Assembly: GCA_963850305.1 (NCBI GenBank)
Contig: CAWKKR010000001.1
Location: 576,001 to 640,000 of the forward strand
Source: an uncultured delta proteobacterium
GTDB taxonomy: Bacteria > Myxococcota_A > Polyangia > Polyangiales > Polyangiaceae
Direction: 5' to 3'
DNA length: 64,000 nt
Both the position numbers and the translations under genes were made by a program. Positions 28,264 through 37,119 of this stretch are shown here, one piece after another (the first letter of the stretch is position 1; each line of letters opens with the position of its first letter). The notes under the pieces were generated by a model that saw only the letters and a program-made list of their open reading frames with translations, was not told where the DNA came from and searched no databases.

Positions 28264-29769
28264 TCACTCGGCGTCGAGCTCTCCGATGCGGCGGGTGATC
28301 AGGTCCGAGAGCGCCATGATGGTCGCCTGGGGATTCACGGCGCTCGGGCTCGGAAAGACGCTGGCGTCGGCAATGTAGACGCCCTCGACGCCACGCACGC
28401 GGCCCCGGGCGTCGACGGCTCCGTCCTCTTTGCTCATCCGGCACGATCCGAACACGTGCGTCGCGCTCATCTGGAGATGTTTCGCGCCGAGCTTCGGATC
28501 GAGGAGGCTCTCGGTGTCCTTCTTCGAGCGCATCTCGTCGACGGCTCCGGGGATGCCGGTGTGAACGTAGCGCGCGCCGACATCGAGCAGCGCGTCGGCT
28601 CCGATCTTCAAGCCTCGGTAGACGGTGCGCGCCTCGTCGTCGGGGATGTAGAGCTTCATGTCGGGCATGCCGTCCCGGCGGGCGCGAACGCGGCCGTGAA
28701 CGCGGGCGCGGTAGACGGTCGCGATGACGGTCGCGTGTTTCACTTCGTCGAGCCTTCGCAGGAACTCGTGCCCGACATCGCCCCAGCGCACCATGAGCAC
28801 GCTCGGCGGCGCCCAGAGGCACTCGTACTTCATGCCCCGGATCTCGTCGCTCATCGCGCCGTAGCCCTGAGTCGCCCCGACCCAGGGGTCGATCACTTCT
28901 TCCATGATGCCGACCATGCCGCCGCCGATGTGCGAGAAGAGAGTGCCACCCACGGCGCCGCCGGCCGTGATGCCGCTCCGCTGCAAGATCACCGGCGTGT
29001 GGAGCACGCCCGCCGCCAGAACGACGACCGGAGCACGCACGCGGAACGTCGCGACGTCCCTGAACCCGCGCGGATCGACGATCCGACCCTCGACGCCGGT
29101 CGCGCGCGTCCCGTCCATGGAGACGCGATCCACATGCGCGCATGTGAAGACCTCGGCCCCGTCCTCGACGGCGTCCTTCACATATGATCGATCGACGGAC
29201 TGTTTTTTCCCGCTCGCGCACCCGACGAAGCAATCGGCGCAGCCTTCGCAATCCACGACGGCGCGTGGCAACGGCTTTCCGTCCATCTTCGCCGCCGCGA
29301 GCGCGGACCGGACGACGAGATTGCGCCGCCCCATGACGGCCATGGGCGTCGGAGCCACCCGCGTCCGCGCGAAAACGCGCGCGTACGCGACGTCGAGCTC
29401 GCGGCTCGTGAACAGCTCGAGCCCTGTTTCCTCGCGCCAGGCCTGCCGCACCCAGTCGGGCAGCTCGAGCATGATGGCGGAATTGACGACCGTGCTTCCA
29501 CCGAGGCACCGTGCCTGGAGCGTCGGGATCTGGGTGGTCCCGCCAATCATCCGGAGTCCCCCTTCCCAGAAATACCGAGCCATGAAGATCGGCGCGTCGC
29601 GCGTCATCTCGGCGGGTCCGATGACAGGCCCTGCCTCGACGACGACCGTTCGAAGTCCCGCGCGGGCCAGGTTCGCCGCAGCCACCGCGCCGCCCGCACC
29701 CGAACCGACGACCACTGCATCCGCGGTCACGTCGAGGCCCAGCCGTACGTCTGCCAGGAGATGAATCAC
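28264..29769 (-). CDS. GMC-family flavoprotein oxidoreductase
   Basis: VVVGSGAGG, CLGGSTVVNSA, CEGCADCFVGC, VVLAAG, HVFGSCRM, ADASVFPS...NPQATIMAL. GTGA overlap with the upstream gene. Confidence 0.93.
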   Translation of the reverse strand: MIHLLADVRLGLDVTADAVVVGSGAGGAVAAANLARAGLRTVVVEAGPVIGPAEMTRDAPIFMARYFWEGGLRMIGGTTQIPTLQARCLGGSTVVNSAIMLELPDWVRQAWREETGLELFTSRELDVAYARVFARTRVAPTPMAVMGRRNLVVRSALAAAKMDGKPLPRAVVDCEGCADCFVGCASGKKQSVDRSYVKDAVEDGAEVFTCAHVDRVSMDGTRATGVEGRIVDPRGFRDVATFRVRAPVVVLAAGVLHTPVILQRSGITAGGAVGGTLFSHIGGGMVGIMEEVIDPWVGATQGYGAMSDEIRGMKYECLWAPPSVLMVRWGDVGHEFLRRLDEVKHATVIATVYRARVHGRVRARRDGMPDMKLYIPDDEARTVYRGLKIGADALLDVGARYVHTGIPGAVDEMRSKKDTESLLDPKLGAKHLQMSATHVFGSCRMSKEDGAVDARGRVRGVEGVYIADASVFPSPSAVNPQATIMALSDLITRRIGELDAE

Positions 29770-30236
29770 GATGACTGCGCACCCGTACGGTCCGCGGGCT
29801 GGGCGCGGCGCACCTCGACGGGGAGCGGGTCCTCCGGCCTGGCGCACCCAGAGTACATGCCGACATACGCGAGGGCGGCGGGGTGCGACATGTAGATGAG
29901 GGTCGTCGTGGCCTTCAGGGCGTCGCCGAGGACACGCAGCAGGAAGAGCCGCGATCGGCGAAACCTTCTGACGGCGCGTTCGCGCCTCGCGATGGGAAGT
30001 TTCGAGAAACGCCCGAGGCCGGGCACGAGAAACGGCGCCAGAAGCTCGATGAACACGAACAGCGTGACCAGGAGACGCCGCTGCCGCGGGGGCAGCTCAC
30101 CCATGTAGTCGAACAGGCGCCGCACGAGATCGGTCGTGCGAAAGTCGGGGGCGCCGTAGTCGTTCTCGGGAAACAGGGCCTCGGCAACGCCGCGAGCGCC
30201 GTCCCGTGCGCGATTCGTGATGAATTCTTCCAGCAT
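29766..30236 (-). CDS. Small helical partner of the GMC oxidoreductase (gluconate-2-dehydrogenase subunit 3-like)
   Basis: AEALFP, RFSKLP...RRE, LKATTTLIY. Translationally coupled to the GMC gene. Confidence 0.65.
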   Translation of the reverse strand: MLEEFITNRARDGARGVAEALFPENDYGAPDFRTTDLVRRLFDYMGELPPRQRRLLVTLFVFIELLAPFLVPGLGRFSKLPIARRERAVRRFRRSRLFLLRVLGDALKATTTLIYMSHPAALAYVGMYSGCARPEDPLPVEVRRAQPADRTGAQSS

Positions 30237-30365
30237 CCAGATCCGATGTCTTCCCGGCCGCGTCGAGCGCCACCGTACCTCACCCGCGGACGAGGGTTCA
30301 CGCGACGCGAAAACTCGTCTAGAGTTAAAGGTCACCCGGACGGAACTTTCCAAGGAGCATCGACA

Positions 30366-31476
30366 ATGGACGAAGACACGAAGAGCGCGGCGGAAGATCG
30401 GGGCGCGGCCCCCGCGCCCCATACTTCAGCGTTGAAGGACGGCCATCAGCGGTTCTTATCGCACGCCATCGAACACAGTTTCGAGTGCGGTCGAAGGACC
30501 GCGAGCGATTTCATCCGGCACTTCCCTCCGACGCTCATCATGGAGGGCCTGGAGCGACAGCCGGCGCTGCGCGCGTCCATCCTCGTCCTCACGACCGGCA
30601 TCAAGCAGCGGATCGCGATCAAGAAGGAATGGCAAGACGCGGCGGCGGATCTCCAGATCGCCCTGGACGAAGGCGAGGCCGACGCAGACGCCATCGTCAA
30701 GATCTTCGGCGCCGACGACCGCGTACGTTACCTCGACGCGACGAAGCTCTGGGCGTTCCTCGCGGAAGGCGAGTTCTGGAAGACTCCGGCGTCGGCGGAC
30801 AAGGCGCTCGTCGAACTCGCGCGTGGCCACCTGAGCTTCTTGTTGACCCGCGCGCTCGAAGACAAGCTCCTGACCCATCGCGACATCGTCGAGGGCATCA
30901 CGGTCGAGGAGCTGGCGAATCGACTACCGAAGGCCGACCTGGGTCGACTGATTCAATGCGCGCTCTCGAACGGCGCGAAGGGTGCGGCCTTCACCGAAGT
31001 CGATCTGCTCTCGACGGCGTCGATCAAACTGCTCGTGCAGCACGTCCCCTTGGCGCACATCTGGGAGACGGTGATCGTTCCGAGAATCGCGCAGCGCCAC
31101 GGCTTCATCGGTCACGCCGCCGCTCTCGCGAACGCGATCCCCGCGCTGCGAGAATTGCCGAAACCGGTCGCCGAAGCCGCCGCGCCAGTCAAAGAGGTCG
31201 CCAAGGAGGCCCCCAAAGAGGTCAAAGAGGCATCCAGCCTGAAGCCAGTGCCAGCCAAGCCGAAGGAAAAGGAGAAAGAGAAAGAGAAAGAGAAAGAGAA
31301 AGAGCCGGCGCGCGCCAAGGAAGCCCTCGGCAAGGAAATCAGAGATCAAGCCGGCACAGCCCGAGCCTGCGCCATCGCCGGCGGCGCCCGCAGCCGCCGC
31401 GTCGGTCCCCTGGTCGCTCCTCCCGGATGACGACGAGGACATCGAAACACTGGACGAGCAAGCGAAGACGGGCTGA
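30366..31476 (+). CDS. Hypothetical cytoplasmic protein with Lys/Glu-rich tail; probable frameshift near 31325
   Basis: AAGGAG then ATG 30366. The listed frame ends at 31430, but the shifted frame gives a more natural acidic tail KSEIKPAQPEPA...DDDEDIETLDEQAKTG* ending at 31476. AAAGAG hexamer run encodes KEKEKE. Confidence 0.7.
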
Positions 31477-31527
31477 CCGAGCGCGAGCGGCGCCTCGAAA
31501 CGCCGAGCGAATTTCGGGTCTCTTCCA

Positions 31528-31737
31528 GTAGTTCCCCACCGACGAGCAGCGTCGTCCCCGAAGCATCAAAGAGCCGCGGAACTACGCGAGCAAAGCGAGC
31601 ACGCCGAAGGCGGCGGGGGGAGCGGTCGCGAAGCGAGCGGCGGGGGGAGCGGTCGCGAAGCGAGCCGCGGGGGGCCAAGGTCCCCCGGGACCCAAGGAGC
31701 GGTCGCGAAGCAAGCCGCGGGGGGCTAAGGCCCCCCT
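31528..31737 (+). repeat. Dispersed intergenic palindromic element, copy 1 (with internal duplications)
   Basis: GTAGTTCC...GGAACTAC followed by CGCCGAAGGCG and repeated GGAGCGGTCGCGAAGCRAGC. Aligns with the reverse complement of 39526-39658. Confidence 0.85.
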
Positions 31738-31748
31738 TCCTGGTAGCG

Positions 31749-32645
31749 TCAGGGTGTCGAGGAAGCCGGCGCCGTCGTCACCGGCGTTCCGATGGGCGTA
31801 TCGGCGGTCGGCGGCGGCAAGGTCCGATCTTCTGCGGCCAGCGCCCCTCGCACATAGTCCGCGATGTCCCGCGAAAACAGGATGCCGAAGTGGCCGCGAC
31901 TCTTGACGACGAAATCCTCGCCCCGCGGCCCCAGACTCGACACGAGACCGGGAAACACGATGTTGTCGTGTACCGAGTAGACGCTGTGGAAGGCGGCGCG
32001 TGACTCCGTGTTCGGCGCATCGAGCCGCGCGATGAAACCCGCCCGCGGATTCAGTTGTGCGATGCTCCGACCGAAGATGGGACGTGCCTGCCTGAGCCCG
32101 CGATGCGGCGTGCCGAGCGTGACGACGCGCCGTACGCGACGATGACCGTCGAGGAGATCGACATACGTTCGCGCGACCACGCCGCCGAGCGAATGACAGA
32201 CCAGGTCGATCTCCGTCGCGCCGGTTTGCCGGAGAACGCCGTCCACGAAGTCGCGCAAACGCGCCGCGCTGGCTTCGATCGGGCTCGCGATCGTGTCGTA
32301 GTTGAAGCCGAAGAATGGCCCGAAGCCCTGCCGTCGCAGGGCGCGCGCGAGCCAGACGAAGTTCGTTCGGTTCTGCGTGAAGCCGTGCACGAGAACGATC
32401 GGACGGCTCCGTTCAGCACCGGTTCGCGCCGGCAATGCGCGGCCGAGAAACCAACCGAACGGCAAGAGCGATTGCGTGATGCAAACCCAGAGGGTTTCCG
32501 TCGCGAAGTACCGGATACCGGGCCATCCGAAGGCACCACGCGTCAGGGCGAGCGCGTAGAGGTAGGTGGAGACGACGAACGCCCCCGCGACACAGACGCC
32601 GAGCGCGAGGGCCTCCAGAATCGACACTGCGAGGGAGCCGTGCAT
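31749..32645 (-). CDS. Alpha/beta-hydrolase (lipase/esterase) with N-terminal membrane segment
   Basis: PIVLVHG, LVCHSLGG nucleophile elbow, TLGTPHRG, HDNIV, GHFGIL. Confidence 0.9.
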   Translation of the reverse strand: MHGSLAVSILEALALGVCVAGAFVVSTYLYALALTRGAFGWPGIRYFATETLWVCITQSLLPFGWFLGRALPARTGAERSRPIVLVHGFTQNRTNFVWLARALRRQGFGPFFGFNYDTIASPIEASAARLRDFVDGVLRQTGATEIDLVCHSLGGVVARTYVDLLDGHRRVRRVVTLGTPHRGLRQARPIFGRSIAQLNPRAGFIARLDAPNTESRAAFHSVYSVHDNIVFPGLVSSLGPRGEDFVVKSRGHFGILFSRDIADYVRGALAAEDRTLPPPTADTPIGTPVTTAPASSTP

Positions 32646-32674
32646 CGAAGTCTCCGTCTAGCACGCGCGCGGGT

Positions 32675-34240
32675 TCACGCGTTCGGCTGCATGGCCATGG
32701 CGTCGGCCGATGCGATCTCGCGCGCGGGCTCCGGAACGACCGCCGTCAGCCGATAGTGCTCGGGCTCGACTCGGCGTGTCAGCATCCGGAACACGAAGGT
32801 GAACGACGGCCAGATCGTGGTGTTCTTGCCGGTTTCGGTCGTGTACCAGGCGGTGCAGCCGGACGCCCAAACGGATTTCTTCATCTGCGCCTGGATCTTG
32901 TCGTTGAAGACTCGCTGCGCGGCTTCGCGAACCTCGATCCGGTTCGCTCCCGCCCGGCGCAAAGAGGAGATCGCTTCGATGATGTGGCCGATCTGCGATT
33001 CGATCATGAACACCATCGAGCTGTGGCCGAGACCCGAGTTTGGACCGACGATGAAGAACAGATTCGGAAACCCGGCTACGGTCGTGCCGAGATACGCCTC
33101 CGCGCCGTCGCGCCAGACCTCTGCCAGATCCCGGCCGCCCGCGCCGCGAATGACGAACGGAGAGACCGCCTCCGCCGCCTGGAATCCGGTGCCGAGAATG
33201 AGCGCATCGAGCGAGTGCAATCGCCCGTCCCGCGTGACGACGCCCTCTGGCTTGATTTCGCGTATGCCGTGCGTCACGAGCTCGACGCCCGGACGCTGCA
33301 ATCCCTCGTAATAGTCGTTCGAGAGGAGCACGCGCTTGCAGCCCATCGTGTAGCTGGGCGTCAGCTTCGCGCGGAGCGCCGGGTCGGACACGCTGCGCTC
33401 GAGGTATCGACGCGCCATACGCTCGGGGTACGCCATGAGCTTCGGATGAATGACGAAGCCGAGCACCCGGAGCTCGCAGAGGAAATAGAGGAACGCCCGG
33501 TACAACCACTGCACGAACGGCACGAAGCGGTAAAAGAAGCGCTCCACGGCTCCGATGGGACGATCCGGCTTCGGCAAGACCCACGGGGGCGTGCGCTGGA
33601 ACAGATGAAGCTCCCTCGTGCGCCCGGAGATCTGCGGCACGAACTGAATTGCGCTCGCTCCCGTACCGATGACGCCCACCGACTTTCCGGCGAGGTCGAA
33701 GGTGTGATCCCAGCGCGCCGAATGAAAGAGCCGGCCCGCAAACGTCTCGAGGCCGGGGATGTCGGGGTACACGGGTCGACTCAGGCCCCCGGTCGCCGCG
33801 ACGACGATGTCCGCTTCGAGCCGCTCTCCGTTCGCGAGCTCGACGGTCCACACGTTCGATGCCTCGTCGAAGCGTGCTGCGACGACTTCTGCGTCGAAAC
33901 GTAGATGCGAGCGGATGCAATACTTGTCCGCGCAGTGTTCGAGGTATGCCCGGATCTCTTTTTGCGGCGCGAACGTCCGCGACCACGCCGGGTTCTTCTC
34001 GAACGAAAATGAATAAAGATGCGACTCCACGTCGCACGCGGCGCCCGGGTAGTCATTGTCTCGCCAGGTGCCCCCGAGGCTGCTCGCCTTCTCGAGAATG
34101 ACGAAGGTGTCGATGCCCGCCTGCTTCAGCCGAATGCCCATCCCGAGACCGCCGAAGCCGGTACCGATGACGACGACTCGGGGGCTTTTTCGGGTGGCCT
34201 GGGCTCGAAACCCCAACTCCCTCTGGGGCAGGTCGTTCAT
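32675..34240 (-). CDS. Baeyer-Villiger-type flavin monooxygenase
   Basis: GTGFGG, GGTWRDNDYPGAACD, BVMO fingerprint FAGRLFHSARWD, GTGASAIQ. Confidence 0.95.
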   Translation of the reverse strand: MNDLPQRELGFRAQATRKSPRVVVIGTGFGGLGMGIRLKQAGIDTFVILEKASSLGGTWRDNDYPGAACDVESHLYSFSFEKNPAWSRTFAPQKEIRAYLEHCADKYCIRSHLRFDAEVVAARFDEASNVWTVELANGERLEADIVVAATGGLSRPVYPDIPGLETFAGRLFHSARWDHTFDLAGKSVGVIGTGASAIQFVPQISGRTRELHLFQRTPPWVLPKPDRPIGAVERFFYRFVPFVQWLYRAFLYFLCELRVLGFVIHPKLMAYPERMARRYLERSVSDPALRAKLTPSYTMGCKRVLLSNDYYEGLQRPGVELVTHGIREIKPEGVVTRDGRLHSLDALILGTGFQAAEAVSPFVIRGAGGRDLAEVWRDGAEAYLGTTVAGFPNLFFIVGPNSGLGHSSMVFMIESQIGHIIEAISSLRRAGANRIEVREAAQRVFNDKIQAQMKKSVWASGCTAWYTTETGKNTTIWPSFTFVFRMLTRRVEPEHYRLTAVVPEPAREIASADAMAMQPNA

Positions 34241-34280
34241 GTTGACAGCATGTTAGCCGCCTACTAAAAGAGTGTCAACA
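34240..34280. promoter_or_regulatory. Overlapping divergent promoter/operator region; sigma70-like promoter for the BVMO gene
   Basis: Minus strand TTGACA(34278-73)-17 bp-TAACAT(34255-50). Inverted repeat TGTTGACA-N25-TGTCAACA. Confidence 0.7.
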
Positions 34281-34285
34281 AGCCA

Positions 34286-35005
34286 TTGACCGGCAAGGCC
34301 CCCTTAACCTTGGCTCCCCAAACCGTGACCCTGGCTCCCCCCATCACGCGCGATTCGTGGAAGCGCCTCACGCCGGAGCAGCGGCGGGCACAGCTCATGT
34401 CGATCGCCGAAGAGCTCTTCCAGACGCGGCCCTACGCGGAGATTGGCGTCGTGGATGTCGCCAAGGCAGCGGGTATCACGCACGGGCTCATCTATCACTA
34501 CTTCCCGAGCAAGGAGGCGCTCTTCACCGCCACGTTCGAGGCGCGCGCGGCGGAGCTCGTGGAGCGGTGCTCGCCGGATCCGGCCTTGCCCATCGCCGAG
34601 CAGGTGGACGTCGGCGTGCGCGGCTACCTCGACTACGTCGAAGAACATCGCGTTCCCTATCTCAACCTGTTCCGGAACGTCGTCTCGGGTCACGAGGATT
34701 TCATTCGCATCTGCGAGGGCACGAGGAGCAAGATCATCACGCGGTTTCTCGCGGGCGTCGGGATGGAAGCGATGCCGCTCCCGGCCACGCGGCTCTCGCT
34801 CCGGGGTTACATCGGCTACATCGAGAGCGCCGTCCTCGAGTGGCTCGAGAGGCCATCCGTTCCCCGCTCGACGCTCGAGCGGCTGATCTTCGCCGTGATC
34901 GGCACTGCGCTCCGCACCGGCTTCGCCCTCGACGCCAGGGACTTCGGCGTGCCGGATCTGTCGGCGGCGTTCGACGCTTACGACGCTTACTTCAAGCTCG
35001 AATAG
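34286..35005 (+). CDS. TetR/AcrR-family regulator (start uncertain)
   Basis: RRAQLMSIAEELF...DVAKAAGITHGLIYHYFPSKEALF. Confidence 0.92.
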   Translation: MTGKAPLTLAPQTVTLAPPITRDSWKRLTPEQRRAQLMSIAEELFQTRPYAEIGVVDVAKAAGITHGLIYHYFPSKEALFTATFEARAAELVERCSPDPALPIAEQVDVGVRGYLDYVEEHRVPYLNLFRNVVSGHEDFIRICEGTRSKIITRFLAGVGMEAMPLPATRLSLRGYIGYIESAVLEWLERPSVPRSTLERLIFAVIGTALRTGFALDARDFGVPDLSAAFDAYDAYFKLE

Positions 35006-35083
35006 CGTTCGAGGCCGGCTCTGTAGTCGCGTCCCGACGGCAAGTCCTCGCTCCCTCCGGTTGTCTTCGCCTAGGATGCCGGC

Positions 35084-35716
35084 GTGGTGGACGTGACCAG
35101 GACCCGAACCGAACCCCGAGCGAGTCGCTGGATATATATTGCGCTCCTGTGCGCGGGCGCCACGATCGGCTGCGGCGGCGCCGGTGCGTTCACGTGGTAC
35201 CGGGATCTGCCGAAGGCCGAGTGGGGAGAGGCGTCGAACGAATACGTCATCGGCGTGGGCGACACGCTACACGTACAGGTCTACGAGCAAGAAGGGCTGA
35301 CGACCCTGGCGAAGATCCGGAGCGATGGGCGCATCGCTCTGCCCTTCGTCGGCGAGATTGTAGCCGTCGGGAAACATCCGTCGGCACTCGCGAGGGAACT
35401 CGAGGCCCGACTGAAGGAATTCATAGTATCACCGCGGGTGACGGTGAACGTGGACGTGTCGCAGCCCGTCGTCGTCAGCGTGCTGGGTGAAGTGCACAAG
35501 GTCGGCTCGCTCAGCCTGGATTCTTCCGCGGGGCTGCTGCGAGCCCTCGCAGAGGCGGGAGGCCTGACGGACTACGCAGATAAATCCAGCATCTACGTCC
35601 TGCGGAAGACGCCGGAGTTTCGTCGGATTCGGTTCACCTATGACGCGCTCGTCCACAACGAAGGCAGCGCAGCGACGTTCTCCCTGCGAACGGGAGACGT
35701 GATCGTGGTGGAGTGA
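35084..35716 (+). CDS. wza: Short polysaccharide export (OPX/Wza-family) lipoprotein
   Basis: Lipobox TIGC, YVIGVGDTL, IRSDGRIALPFVGEI (poly_export), VSVLGEV, AGGLTDYA, LRTGDVIVVE (one SLBB). Confidence 0.9.
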   Translation: MVDVTRTRTEPRASRWIYIALLCAGATIGCGGAGAFTWYRDLPKAEWGEASNEYVIGVGDTLHVQVYEQEGLTTLAKIRSDGRIALPFVGEIVAVGKHPSALARELEARLKEFIVSPRVTVNVDVSQPVVVSVLGEVHKVGSLSLDSSAGLLRALAEAGGLTDYADKSSIYVLRKTPEFRRIRFTYDALVHNEGSAATFSLRTGDVIVVE

Positions 35717-37026
35717 ACACGCTCGCCGCGCTCGTGGTGCTCGGTCAACTTGCGGGGCAGGCACCTGGGGGCGGCGCCCCCGCGAACGTCTTCTCGATCG
35801 GAGACCGGACGGAAGTACGATTCCGTTCCAACCCCATCGTCGGCGGTAACCCCACGACGGAAGACGTCGAGACTGTGCTCATGTCGAACCTCGCCTTCGA
35901 GGGACGTCACGAGAGCCTGACCCTCGCCTACTACCCGCGATTCACTTATGACGACATCTCCGGTGAACGCGACCTGACCTTGATGCATTCCGGGCGGATC
36001 CTCGCGACGTGGTGGACGCCGCGTTTTCGTCTGACCGGCGCCATCGACGGCGCCATCGGCTCGCAGAGCGTCGTCGGGCTGGCGTCACCACTCGGGTATG
36101 CGAGCGACACCGCGACGACGGGCACCGCCGGCGCCTCGCTCGTGCCCGCCGCGCTGCCGCCCGCGTATTTGCCGACGTACGTCGGCGTTTTGACGACCGG
36201 CCTGCTCCGCGCGACGCTCAGCGCAAGCTACCTCTTGTCGCGGCGGTGGAGCACCCTGTCGACCGCGTACTACGCCATGTCCGCGGGGCTCGACTGGCAG
36301 TCACAGCGTCCATCCGGTTTGCCACCGAACCTCGGAGGTGGAGGTAGCGAGCTGATAAATTACTCGGCAAGTCACCGCGACCAGCTGGGGACGCAACTGA
36401 CCGGCACGTATGTCTCCGTTCTCCAGACGCCGACGCCCGTTGGGGAACCCACGACGAGCACCGCCGGCGTGTACTACACGCTGTCGTTCGCGGAGGTGTA
36501 CCGGCGAATGCTCTCGGAGCGCAGTCAAGCGGGTCTCACGGCAGGGGTTGGGTATCTCCACGCGCCGTCCGGGCTGGCCGCTGGCACGACGACGGGCCCG
36601 ACCGGAGTCGGTCAGGCCTTCATCGCCACGGCCGTGCCACTCCGGAATGACGCGACCCTCGCGCTCCGGGCGGCCGCCGACGTGGGAACCGCGTACAACC
36701 CGATCATCGGCGTCGTGGAAGAGCAGGCGAGCGCAGCGCTCTCGGTCGGTTGGGTCGAGAGGCGAATGAGCGTCGTGGCCGTCGGCGGCGCCGCGGCCAG
36801 TTTGCCGCTCAACACCACGGACGCCACGCGAGTCGTGTCGGGCTCGCTGACGATCGGGTACCGTCCGGGCGACGCCGTCCAACTTCAGACGGGCGTTCGC
36901 GCCTACGCCGAGGTGCTTCCGACGCTGCCTGGTGTGGCGCCGACAACGGCAACCGTGACGTCGTACCCCCCACAGTGGGCGGTCTTCGCGGCCATCGTAT
37001 TGACCGCGCCGAGCGTCGAGTTCTGA
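35713..37026 (+). CDS. Putative outer-membrane beta-barrel coupled to the OPX gene
   Basis: GTGA overlap with the OPX gene, signal-like N-terminus, many amphipathic beta-strands, C-terminal Phe. Confidence 0.65.
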   Translation: MNTLAALVVLGQLAGQAPGGGAPANVFSIGDRTEVRFRSNPIVGGNPTTEDVETVLMSNLAFEGRHESLTLAYYPRFTYDDISGERDLTLMHSGRILATWWTPRFRLTGAIDGAIGSQSVVGLASPLGYASDTATTGTAGASLVPAALPPAYLPTYVGVLTTGLLRATLSASYLLSRRWSTLSTAYYAMSAGLDWQSQRPSGLPPNLGGGGSELINYSASHRDQLGTQLTGTYVSVLQTPTPVGEPTTSTAGVYYTLSFAEVYRRMLSERSQAGLTAGVGYLHAPSGLAAGTTTGPTGVGQAFIATAVPLRNDATLALRAAADVGTAYNPIIGVVEEQASAALSVGWVERRMSVVAVGGAAASLPLNTTDATRVVSGSLTIGYRPGDAVQLQTGVRAYAEVLPTLPGVAPTTATVTSYPPQWAVFAAIVLTAPSVEF

Positions 37027-37119
37027 GTGCTATTTCCTTGCCTGGAGCGATCTATAAAAGATAGGTTGCGAGACTTCCATGCGCGAAGCACCAAACGCCG
37101 CGCCCTCTCCGTCCTGATC

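Noticed and set aside
28145..29866. 654-aa ORF 27902..29866 as a single gene
   Set aside because: Most of it is an off-frame overlap of the GMC gene. Only the last 77-80 aa look like a real protein.
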